IMG/VR virus record: IMGVR_UViG_3300031519_000147
Location: 1 to 29,972 of that record
DNA length: 29,972 nucleotides
From: a virus
Taxonomy: Duplodnaviria > Caudoviricetes
Strand: one strand, 5' to 3'
The first letter of the stretch is position 1, and every line of letters starts with the position of its first letter. A program made the position numbers and the translations under genes. The notes under the pieces were generated by a model. The model saw only the letters and a program-made list of their open reading frames with translations, had not been told where the DNA came from and ran no database searches. Positions 9,120 to 19,000 of this stretch are shown here, piece after piece.

Positions 9120-10391
9120 TTATTCTATTGCTAAAGCATTCATTATGGTTTGCTCCATATTATCTTTATTAAGATACTGCATTGTTGGGCTTGCGCTTGT
9201 AAGACCTTGTTGAAATAAAAATGGGTTTTTATTAGCTGGATGGTTTTCAGTCCATTGTCCTTGAGTAGTTTCTTTCATAGACACTTCTTCTCCACTAGCG
9301 CCTGTTTTAACAAGATAAGACAATCTACTTGGTTTTCCTTTTTTACCAGGGTGAACCCACTTAACTGGTGAAACGGAAACACTACCAAACCTAACTTCTT
9401 GAGTTAAACCTAGTTTATTTTGAACCTTAACTCTTCCAAGAAAAACTTCGTTGATTTGACTTTTTGTTTTTGTTTCAGAGATTTTATCAGGGTTGTTAAT
9501 GTTGTATGTTGACTGTGCTTTTGAAAGAGTTTTTCCATAATGGTCTATAGCTCCTTGTCTAACTTTTTCAATATCAAACTCTTTACCTGGTACCGCCCAG
9601 CTTGGTTTTCCCAAAGCTTCATAAGGAGAAGTCATATTCATAGGCGCGTCAAAAAAAGCTGATATAGCTTGATTTTTACTTCTAACTGTTGATTCAATAT
9701 CCCAGCTTACTGGGTTACCTTTTTTGTTTTTTCCTTCTTTAATTTTATTAAAAGCAGCAAGAGCTTTTGATCTAAAGTCATCATTTATAGGAACTAAGTT
9801 GTCCATTAAATCATCTTGCTCTGTTTTTTTAAGATTTATATCAGTACCATCTGACTCAACGCTTGTTCCAGTGTCGTAAAAAGTATACTTTTTAGTTTTA
9901 TCATTCATTTTACCATTTACCTCCCCACCAAGAATTCTAAAATTTCTATCAATATCATTTTGAAAAAATTCGTTTGTAAAGCTAGAAAAATTAACATCTG
10001 TAGGGTTTCCGTCACTATCTAAAGCAAGTTCTTTAAACTGTACCTTTTTTTGTAAAATATCTTTATTGGCTTCGTTTACCTCTTCTACTCTACTTTTTGC
10101 GCTTGATTCGTTTTTACTATTAGGATCTTTTATAAAAGCATTAACACCCGCGTTGATATACTCATCTGAATCAAATGAATCAGGAACAGCTGACTGTGAT
10201 TTACCATCAAGTATTTTTTGAGCATCTGCTTCTACGTCTGCAATTTTCTTCGCTAAGTTTTTTCTTTTAGCATCATCTCTTTTGATAAAACCATCCATAG
10301 CCTTATCCATCTTGTCTGTTATTATATTAAAGTTGTTTTGAGGTTTAGTGTAAACCCCTAACTCGCCTTGTATTAATGCTTTGTTTGCCAT
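9120..10391 (-). CDS. Hypothetical protein, probable internal virion/ejection protein
   Basis: 423-aa ORF with a charged helical N-terminus, lying between the small Gly/Ala/Gln-rich gene and the giant gene. Function is inferred from position only. Confidence 0.5.
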   Translation of the reverse strand: MANKALIQGELGVYTKPQNNFNIITDKMDKAMDGFIKRDDAKRKNLAKKIADVEADAQKILDGKSQSAVPDSFDSDEYINAGVNAFIKDPNSKNESSAKSRVEEVNEANKDILQKKVQFKELALDSDGNPTDVNFSSFTNEFFQNDIDRNFRILGGEVNGKMNDKTKKYTFYDTGTSVESDGTDINLKKTEQDDLMDNLVPINDDFRSKALAAFNKIKEGKNKKGNPVSWDIESTVRSKNQAISAFFDAPMNMTSPYEALGKPSWAVPGKEFDIEKVRQGAIDHYGKTLSKAQSTYNINNPDKISETKTKSQINEVFLGRVKVQNKLGLTQEVRFGSVSVSPVKWVHPGKKGKPSRLSYLVKTGASGEEVSMKETTQGQWTENHPANKNPFLFQQGLTSASPTMQYLNKDNMEQTIMNALAIE

Positions 10392-10407
10392 ATTTATTTT
10401 TTTTTAT

Positions 10408-11121
10408 CTAATCTCTTAATCCTAAAAACCCTTTACCATCTTCTCCCATAGCTTCTTTAAAATAATCAGTACCAGCTAAACCAACCATTGCCGAGCCCAT
10501 ACTTCCTATACCTCCCATAACTTGGTTTTTAGCAGCTTGTATTGACCTGTTAGACGCTGTAACTCTAGATTGAGCCATTCCCAATAGTGTTTCTGTTCGG
10601 TCTTTTTCTAAATTCATAGAGTACATTTCTCCTTTACCTACCAGTTGATTAACCTGCGATTGACCTTTAGCCGCTAGCCTTTGATTCATAGCCTCTTGCT
10701 TGCCTATTGAAGCAGATGCTTTTTGTAAGTTTTTATTACCTTGGTTTGCCATAACTTGAGCTAACCCTGCAACACCAGAACCTCCAGCCGCACCTCTTAA
10801 TGTGTTTAACATGTTAGCTTGTTGTTGGTTTTGTTGTTGAGCCACAAACTCAGCTTCCTTAAGGTTAACTTGTAAGTCTTCGTATGGATTCTCTAAGTTT
10901 TCATAAGGATTGCTAGTATCCATGTTCATGTAATCTTGCTTAGAAGACTCATACTCTGCTTTAGCTCTTTTAGCCTCTGCTCTTCTAGCCTTACCACCCA
11001 TTAAACCACCAAGGGCTTGCAAAGCACCTGGTATAAGAAAAGCAGCAGGCGCTATAGCTTGGTAAACGTTGCCGTCGCTAAAAGCAGAATAAGTTAATAT
11101 TTCTAAAATAATTTCAATCAT
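10408..11121 (-). CDS. Probable small ejection (pilot-like) protein
   Basis: 237 aa with Gly/Ala-rich hydrophobic ends (PGALQALGGLMGG; MGGIGSMGSAMVGLAG) flanking a Gln/Ala-rich coiled coil. This is the usual composition of small podoviral ejection proteins. Confidence 0.6.
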   Translation of the reverse strand: MIEIILEILTYSAFSDGNVYQAIAPAAFLIPGALQALGGLMGGKARRAEAKRAKAEYESSKQDYMNMDTSNPYENLENPYEDLQVNLKEAEFVAQQQNQQQANMLNTLRGAAGGSGVAGLAQVMANQGNKNLQKASASIGKQEAMNQRLAAKGQSQVNQLVGKGEMYSMNLEKDRTETLLGMAQSRVTASNRSIQAAKNQVMGGIGSMGSAMVGLAGTDYFKEAMGEDGKGFLGLRD

Positions 11122-11160
11122 ATTTTTGTTTTATATATTTATAATTACAGTTTTTCACTG

Positions 11161-11556
11161 TTATTTACTACTTTGTACTACTTCAGAGCTAACAGAAAAT
11201 AACTCAATAGAACTAGTAGAGTCGTTTTTTAATTGTACCTCGCCATAATAACCTGTTAAACCACTGGTATTTATAGTGTTACTTTTACCAAATAAAAAGT
11301 ACGCGCCAAAATCCGGAAGCTGAGTTGCATCGTCCACGTACACATCTATTGTTTTTCTATTGTCAGAAATAGCTATGCAACTACCTAAAAGCTCAACATC
11401 TCCAGTTTGTTTTGAAGAAGTGACATTAGCGTAGTATATCAAATCCCAAGACCCAGTGTCTGAATTACTACTATCGTTGGCGGTTGTTGTAGGTTTTGCC
11501 TGTAAAGATGTGTTTACTTCGTTGTCAAAAAATACTTTATATGTTTTAAAACCCAT
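11161..11556 (-). CDS. Small tail-associated structural protein
   Basis: 131 aa, beta-rich, ending SGLTGYYGEVQLKN...IELFSVSSEVVQSSK. It starts 1 nt after the stop of the upstream gene. Confidence 0.55.
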   Translation of the reverse strand: MGFKTYKVFFDNEVNTSLQAKPTTTANDSSNSDTGSWDLIYYANVTSSKQTGDVELLGSCIAISDNRKTIDVYVDDATQLPDFGAYFLFGKSNTINTSGLTGYYGEVQLKNDSTSSIELFSVSSEVVQSSK

Positions 11557-11557
11557 G

Positions 11558-13054
11558 TTATGTAAGTGTTATAATGTTATTAACCTCTATGTTTGAAGAA
11601 GCGTTTATTCGACCTCTATCTAGTATCCTGACAGCTCCAGATATTACAGCTCTAGCTTTTCCTGTGAAAGTTACAGATGTTACAGCTTGTGTTGTTACTT
11701 TGCTCAAAGTAACCTCATCTCCTATGCTAGCTGTTACTAGAGTGGAGCTTGGTATGCCAGTTCCAGTAACCACCATTCCAATGTAAATATTTTGATTCGC
11801 AACGTTTAGTATTAATCTATTAGTACCACTAGTGTTTGTAACTGCTGTGCTGCTATACACACGAACGTTGTTTATTTCTATTTTAGGTTCTTCAAGAATT
11901 ATAGTGGTTCTAGTAGCAGCATCACTACCAATAACTATTTGACCACTAGCAGCAGAGCCACCGTTGTTTGTAAAAGCTGCTATTGAAAAACCAGCACTAG
12001 TTTTTGCAATTTCACCATTCGAAGCAGCTAAAACATTCCAACTAACAGGCATTAAATCAGAAGAATAACTTGAGTTGTTTGCTTGCCCAACGTTAGTTAT
12101 AGCTGGTGTAGTTAAAGCTAGGCTCCAGTCACCACTGTTACTACTTGAATTAACTAAAGTTAAAGTTACGGTTACTGGTTGAAACTGTTTGATGGTAAAA
12201 ACAGACGAGCTTAAACCAGCTAAAGAGTTAGCAAAACTATTACTACCTATTCTCGTTAAAGTAACAGTAAACGTTCTTGATGTAGACGTAGAGGGAAATG
12301 TTAAAGGAATTACAACAGTACCATTACTGCCTATTTCAGCAATAAAACCTCCCGTAGCGCCAATGGTTAGGTTGCCAGCAACAGTGCCTGCGGTTGCCCC
12401 GTTGAGTGTAATTGTTTTACCAACAAGGCTTACTACCGTCTTGCTGCTACCAACGTTTGTACCAGTAATGGACATGCCTTTGTATACTCTTGTGTTTTCT
12501 TTATTAACTGTTAACACTGTACTGCTCACAGTATCTACAAATGCTAAAGTTTGAGTTAGTAAACTTGCGCCACCAGTTATTATAGCGTTAACATTAACAG
12601 TAGCTCCAGGGTCTCCATATATTGTTAAGTTTCTAGTTTCTCCGTTGCTAGATATATTTGAATCGTTAAAAGATCTACCAGTGATTTTACTAGTTCTAAC
12701 CACGGGTATAAACTCAGCAACAGAGTTAAAAACAATTTCATCACCAACAACAATTTCTCTAGGTATTTTATAATAAACATCAAAAGACCTAGTTGTTAAA
12801 TTAGAAGAAGAAACAGCTCCAGTGTCAGTCATGACAACAGAGTAATTGTTTGGGAATTTTGTGTTTAAAAAACTTATTCTTGGCGCTTTATTAAAAACAT
12901 GACCAGACGTGACAGTAAAAGTTTTGTTAAAAATGTGTTTTACTGTTAATGGCTGCCCTTGTATAGAGTAAGCTGTGTTTCCGTTAGATAAAGTAGCTGA
13001 CTTAGCCGTGGTAGTCTCGGTGCAGTTAGTTATGTTTGATATTATTCTAGCCAT
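11558..13054 (-). CDS. Thr/Ser/Gly-rich beta-structured tail appendage/fibre-like protein
   Basis: 498 aa, highly T/S/N/G/V-rich, with two internal copies of a GMx(I/V)TGxx(V/I)...(I/V)TL module. It lies directly after the stabilization protein gene. Confidence 0.6.
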   Translation of the reverse strand: MARIISNITNCTETTTAKSATLSNGNTAYSIQGQPLTVKHIFNKTFTVTSGHVFNKAPRISFLNTKFPNNYSVVMTDTGAVSSSNLTTRSFDVYYKIPREIVVGDEIVFNSVAEFIPVVRTSKITGRSFNDSNISSNGETRNLTIYGDPGATVNVNAIITGGASLLTQTLAFVDTVSSTVLTVNKENTRVYKGMSITGTNVGSSKTVVSLVGKTITLNGATAGTVAGNLTIGATGGFIAEIGSNGTVVIPLTFPSTSTSRTFTVTLTRIGSNSFANSLAGLSSSVFTIKQFQPVTVTLTLVNSSSNSGDWSLALTTPAITNVGQANNSSYSSDLMPVSWNVLAASNGEIAKTSAGFSIAAFTNNGGSAASGQIVIGSDAATRTTIILEEPKIEINNVRVYSSTAVTNTSGTNRLILNVANQNIYIGMVVTGTGIPSSTLVTASIGDEVTLSKVTTQAVTSVTFTGKARAVISGAVRILDRGRINASSNIEVNNIITLT

Positions 13055-13063
13055 AGTTTTTTT

Positions 13064-16000
13064 TTAAATTGACCCTCCAAGAACGTAAGAAGCTCCATAT
13101 ATATGATAAAGTATTTTTTGAGAATAGTTTGGTTGAACATAGTTATAAGGAACGGTAACAACTACATAGTTGTTTTCATCAGCGCTCGTGCCGTTTAAAG
13201 TTTGAGAGTTTGTAAAAACTATAGCAGGTGTTTGATCACTATTGCTTGTGTTTTCAATAGCACCAGGTGAGTTCATAGGTGGGTCATGGTGTTCTCCGTC
13301 TACGTTCAACTGATTCATACCACTAACTCTAACATAAAAATTAGCCGCATCTACAATTTCAGACCCTTGAGAATATACTTTACATATCTCAAGATCAACG
13401 TCGTAAGTAGAACCAGCATTTATACCACTTATAAACCTCCAGCAGTTAGACCACAAAGCCCCTCCATTGTTAGGGTTATCTTGCCAAATCGAGCCAAACG
13501 GAGTAGGTATAGCCCATATGTTGGAAGAGGATTGTGTAGGGTAACTACCTTGAGACCAATGAACTATATCATTTGCAGTTACTGTTGTTATATCTGCCGT
13601 ATCATAAAGCCTCCAAAAGTTTTTGCTAAACTTTAAAGGTCCAAGAACAAAATTGTTTGATAAAGTAAAGTTAAAGGTACCACCAAAAGGACCAGTACCA
13701 CTTACTAAAGCATCGTCCCTACAACCGTTTGCGTCAGTTATAAAATACATGTAGTGGATATTGGTTGTTGGTGGTTGGGAGAATGGACTATGCGCAGCGC
13801 CTTCTAAATTACTAAAAGTATGCGTGTGAACGTCATTACTCTCAGACATAGTAACGCTACCAATTTGTGTTGTTGAGCTAAAATAATTAGGAGCGGTTCC
13901 CGTTCCTTTTACTAAAACTGCCGTGACAGCACCTGTTGCATTTGTTGTGGTAAGAGCAATAGAACCGTTGTCACCAGCTTGATTGCTAGCGTGGGTAATT
14001 ACGTGTGTAGTTAAAATATCTGTAGTGCTATCAACTTGGTCAAAAGTAATAACAACCTCATTCAAATTTAAAGAAGTATCTCTAACAGAGAACTGTGTTT
14101 GAGATGGCGTTGCAACTTTAAACGTTGTAGAGTTGGTGCCATTGTTGAAACCAGAGGGGTTAGTGGGTGTTGTAAATATAAAAGTTCCATTACCACCTCC
14201 AGCTGTCAATGTTACTGTTGATGCGTTACCGCTCATGTCTGAACCAACGCTTGATTTTGGGTCATTTAAATGGCAGACAGCACCGTTGTCACTTACAGCT
14301 GTTAAAGTTAAAGGTGGGTTTTCAGTCACGACCAAACTTCTAGTTGTAGTAGTGCTAGTGCCACACCCAGCGCTAGTGTCGGTTACGTTGTAGTAGTAAG
14401 TTCCACTAGCAAGGTTAATAAATTCATAGTATTCATTAGGAGAAGACCCGCTAAGACTTGCATCTGCAGTTGGACTACTCATGTTTGCGTTAAGTGATAT
14501 TTTACCGTTAACGTAGTTTTCAGTTCCACCTTGTGGTTGTATTCTTATTTTACCATCATTAGCTCCATTGCTAGACTCTGGAGCGTGCATGTAACCGTAA
14601 GCATTTAAAGGAGAAGGTCCACTGATAACAAAACTTGTAAAATTTGGAGCTAAAACTGTTCCAGTATAATATTCTTTTGCAAATAAAGCATACTTATGAC
14701 CAATTATACCAGCGTTATAAAACGTATAGTTTAAAATAGTGTTGCTGCCATTTACTGATTTTGTTATTTCGTTATCGTTATGCGTGTAGTATGTACTGTT
14801 TTCAAAACTAGGAACGTCAGCAGGTGCTGTTAGCTGAGAGTTAAAACCTAAATCAACTATTTCAAAAGCCCACTTACTGTTCCACCACCAACCATTTGTG
14901 TCTAGTGTTGGAGCAATTATAGTAAAAGTTATATTAGCATTTATACCAACACATCCAGGAACTCCGTAACTAGTCATTGGGGAAGGAAAGAAAGGAGACG
15001 CTTGAGATTGTAAAAAACCAGGAGTACCTAAACCTTGACAAGAAAATTCTTGAGGATCTATATTGTCTGATGTTGATTGAACACCTTTGATGTAACTAAA
15101 CCACTTACCTTCTTTCTCAACAAAACTAGGTATTGACCCGGATTGTTCGTTTGTTTCTATAGATTCTACATACCAACCTTTACCTTCGTAATCACTTAAA
15201 AACTCGTTTATTTCTAGTGAAGTTTCAGAACCAACATCTTTATTGTAAAGTCTAGACTCTGACCCCTCATAAGATATTGTTTTAAATTCTTTTATTGTTG
15301 AAGGATCATCGTTAAACACAAACTTAATGCTTGAGTCATATTGAGTTCCATAAAAATTATTTTTTGTTTCACTCGCACCGTGTTGCCATATTTCTCCATC
15401 AAAAACAGTGTAATACACGCTGTTTAAAGAAAAACCTGACTGAGGTATAAAGCTTTTAAAACTAGTCCAACCTCTAGTTTTTTCAGTAAAACTTAAAGTA
15501 GAGTCTTTACTTGGCTGAGCATACTTAAGAGTAACATTGTAAAGGTCTTTGTCTTTGTCGTAAGATCCAATTATATTATTTGTAGAAGGTAAATTCTTTT
15601 TAAAATATGAAGTCATACCCTTCTGCGAAATGTTTGTTATACCATCGTTAGAAAGTCTAAGCACAGAACCTCTGTTTTTATCTACAAAGTAAACTCTATA
15701 ATCATAACTAGCAAAGCTTTCTGGGTTTTTTGATATACCATACTCGCCGGTAAATGGTATTGATTGACCAAGAACCCTGTTGGTAGATATTATATTTACA
15801 TTCCCATCAGCATTGTATAAAGCATCTTTGTTTGCTAAAATTTTTATAACTTTATCTTCGCACAAGGTTAAAAGGTTTGTGTTTCTAGTAAAAAGCTTTT
15901 GTATAGACCCGTAAGAAGGGTTTATGTCTTTAGTTATTTTTTCAGCCTGTATAAATTGATTTGTTTCGTTAAGACCTGATTTAGCGTTAAATATACCAGA

Positions 16001-19000
16001 GTATATAAGCCCTGACTTTCTATTTTCTTCCTCGTAAGGCTCGTCTAAAACAGTACTTACTCTAGGCCCTTTGTCTATAAAAGCTGCATTAAAATCATCT
16101 TTTATTCTATTAGATTCAACACCGTTACCCATAGCTACACAATTGAAATAATCTAAACTAGAGTTTCTTAAATGAACAACGTTGGTACCACTTGCAATAA
16201 TAGATTCTAGTAAAAATTTTTGACTTCTATTTCTTGAAACACCATTCTTGTCTAATAAGTTATTTGTTTGCTCTATTGTTACAACAGTAGCGCCACCACC
16301 GCTTCTAAAGGGAACATCGCCCGTCGTGTTAGCTGTTGTAGTTATAGTAAGTCCATTATTAGATACGGCTGATATTGTTGTTGTTGGAAAATTACTATGA
16401 TCAGAATATATTTTCATACCAACTTTTGGTATCATAATAGTTTTTGGAGTTTCATAATAAAGGTTCAAATCTATGTTTCTAGATTTTTCTATTTCAAAAA
16501 TAGCAGGACTGTCTGTGTAATAAGTTTTAGCGTTTACAACTTCTTGAATAGTCATAAATCTTATTTCATTGTCTAAAGTTTTACTATTTGTATCTATTGT
16601 ATTGTGAGAATCTAAAGCATCAACTAAAGCCTGTGTGTCTGTGTGAACCGGTTGATCTAGTGTAAGAGTAAACCTTATTCCTCTCTCTACGTTTGGAGAA
16701 CTTGTATCGTCTTCAGTGTTTATAACAAGATCTTTTTTTACGTTTAAAACTTCGTAAACAGTTTCGCTAACATCGCCATACAGTGTAAATTTAGTACCAG
16801 CCGCCGTTGACAAAGATTGATACATTTGGTAAGTGTCTGGGTGAAAAGTATCTTGGGCTGGTGGATAGTAATTGCTGTCTGTGTGACCAAAATTTCTACT
16901 AGGCCACAGTCCAAATATTCTTATTTGAAGCTCGTTGTCTACATCCCCTCCAAAACCGTAACCTTGCTTAGGAACTGTTGATACACTTCCGTTTGCTGAT
17001 CGAGGATCATGAGAGTATCCATAATCAAAAGCATACACTTGCCCTCTTGGTGGCGTACCTCCTGGAGGGTCATAAATATGCCCGGTAAAAGGGGTGAAAT
17101 CTTGGCGAGTTCTTGTTTTTCCTGAGGTACTAGAGTTGAATGGCTCGTATGTTGACAGGTCAAAATCTGACGAGTCACTTACAATTTTGTTAAAAGGAAC
17201 AGAGTTTGTTATACGTGTACCAGCTGTTTTAGACTTGTTAAAAGCTAGTATATGTTTTTGCATTTGATCATCAGTCTGCACTTTTATAAAAAACTTACCT
17301 TCAAATTCAGATTTGTAATTTTGTTGATCTTCGTGGTACCACTCTAAAGTCAAAAAATTAACAGGACTTCCAGGGTCACCTCCTGTAAAAGCTATATCAG
17401 GTCCAAAAGGTTCTATCATGTTGACTCTATAATGATCACCAAGCCCACCATGCTCACAAATTCCTGTTAAATTTCCACTTCCTAAAACAGCCTGAACACT
17501 TTCTACCTCATACCAATTACTTTTTATATTTCCTTTTCCTATTCTAAAATATCTTCCATTTCCAACGGATTGATCTGCAATGTGCTCTAAAGAGCTGCTA
17601 AACATTACAGATGCGTTTAATTCAATAAAAGATCCATTTTCAATTGGGTATCCTCCGGCGTAATTATTATCATCATGTCCTGTTAAACGTGGAGCATTAC
17701 CACCACCTCCCTCTCCTCCGGTTACCGCCCCATGAAATATTTTTCTAGTTTTAACAAATTCGGGAGCTTGTGATTCTTTAGCTAAAACTTTGTATTTTAC
17801 CGTGCCAGAGTTTTCTTCACCAACAGCCTCATCTCCACCGTGTGATTTTTTCAATACTAAATAATCATCTATACTAACTTTGTTTATATCTGCAGAGTTA
17901 AAAGAAAGCCAAACGTTTTCTTCTTCTACAGCGGGATATATTCTATCTAAAGCAATGTTGTAAAAGTCGTTTGAAAAAGAATCTTTTATAAAGTATTTAT
18001 AAAAAGAAGCCCAGCTAGGATGTTCACTAACAATTTGACCTTCAAATAAGTTTATTTTTTTAGAATCTGATTGCGTTATTTTAACATTAGAATTTCCAGT
18101 TGTTAAAATAGGTGATTGTCTACCCAACTCATCTAAATAAGAAATACCAAGCTGGTAATCTCTTAAAGATTTTACTGACAAATGAGGTCCAAGTGGAATT
18201 ATTGGGCTTGATTGTTTTGTTAGCCTTAAATCAACTTTTTCTTCTATATTGTACTGCTGTGTATAATTACCATAAACTATTCTATTACCAACAACTTCTT
18301 GAGCTAAAGCTTTTCTAGGTACATTGTCGTATGGTCTTAAAAGTTGATTTTCAGGTATAGAATACTTTATATTTTCTTTAGTTATGTATTTGTATTCTTG
18401 AAAACTGTCATCGTTTACATAAGAATCTACAACATACATACTAACACTGTCTGACATTTTAATTATTAACTCTACTTCTTTAACATCGATGTCTTGTTTA
18501 TCAAAACCAGATAAAGTTATTTTTCGAACATCATTTTGCATTGTAGGGTTGTTACCAGTTGTGGTGTTGTAGTTGTATTTACTTGAAGGGTTTATAGGTA
18601 AAAAAGCAACTTTTGTAAAAGGAGAGATTGCTGAGTATTCATTATCAACGTACTTCCATCTATAAGCAAATCTTGGAAAATCATCTTTATACAAAGCGTC
18701 GTCTTGCTCTAAATCAACATTCCAATCTATAAACGTAGAAAGAGGAGCGCCTGCTAGTAAAAAGTTTTGAGAAACACTAATAATAGAACAATTAAAAGTG
18801 TCGTTATTGTAGTTAGATGTAGCTCCTGGAGGAGTAAAGCCAGTCGTGTTATTGTCAGGATCGTATGCCCAAGTAGTTAAATGTCTTAGTTCGTTCCAAA
18901 AACCTCTAACTAAAAGCCTAACCTCTAAAACCTCTTCTTCACCATTAATATCACAAATGGATGAAAGTTTTATGGTGTCACCAGCTTTAAACTCAGCTTT

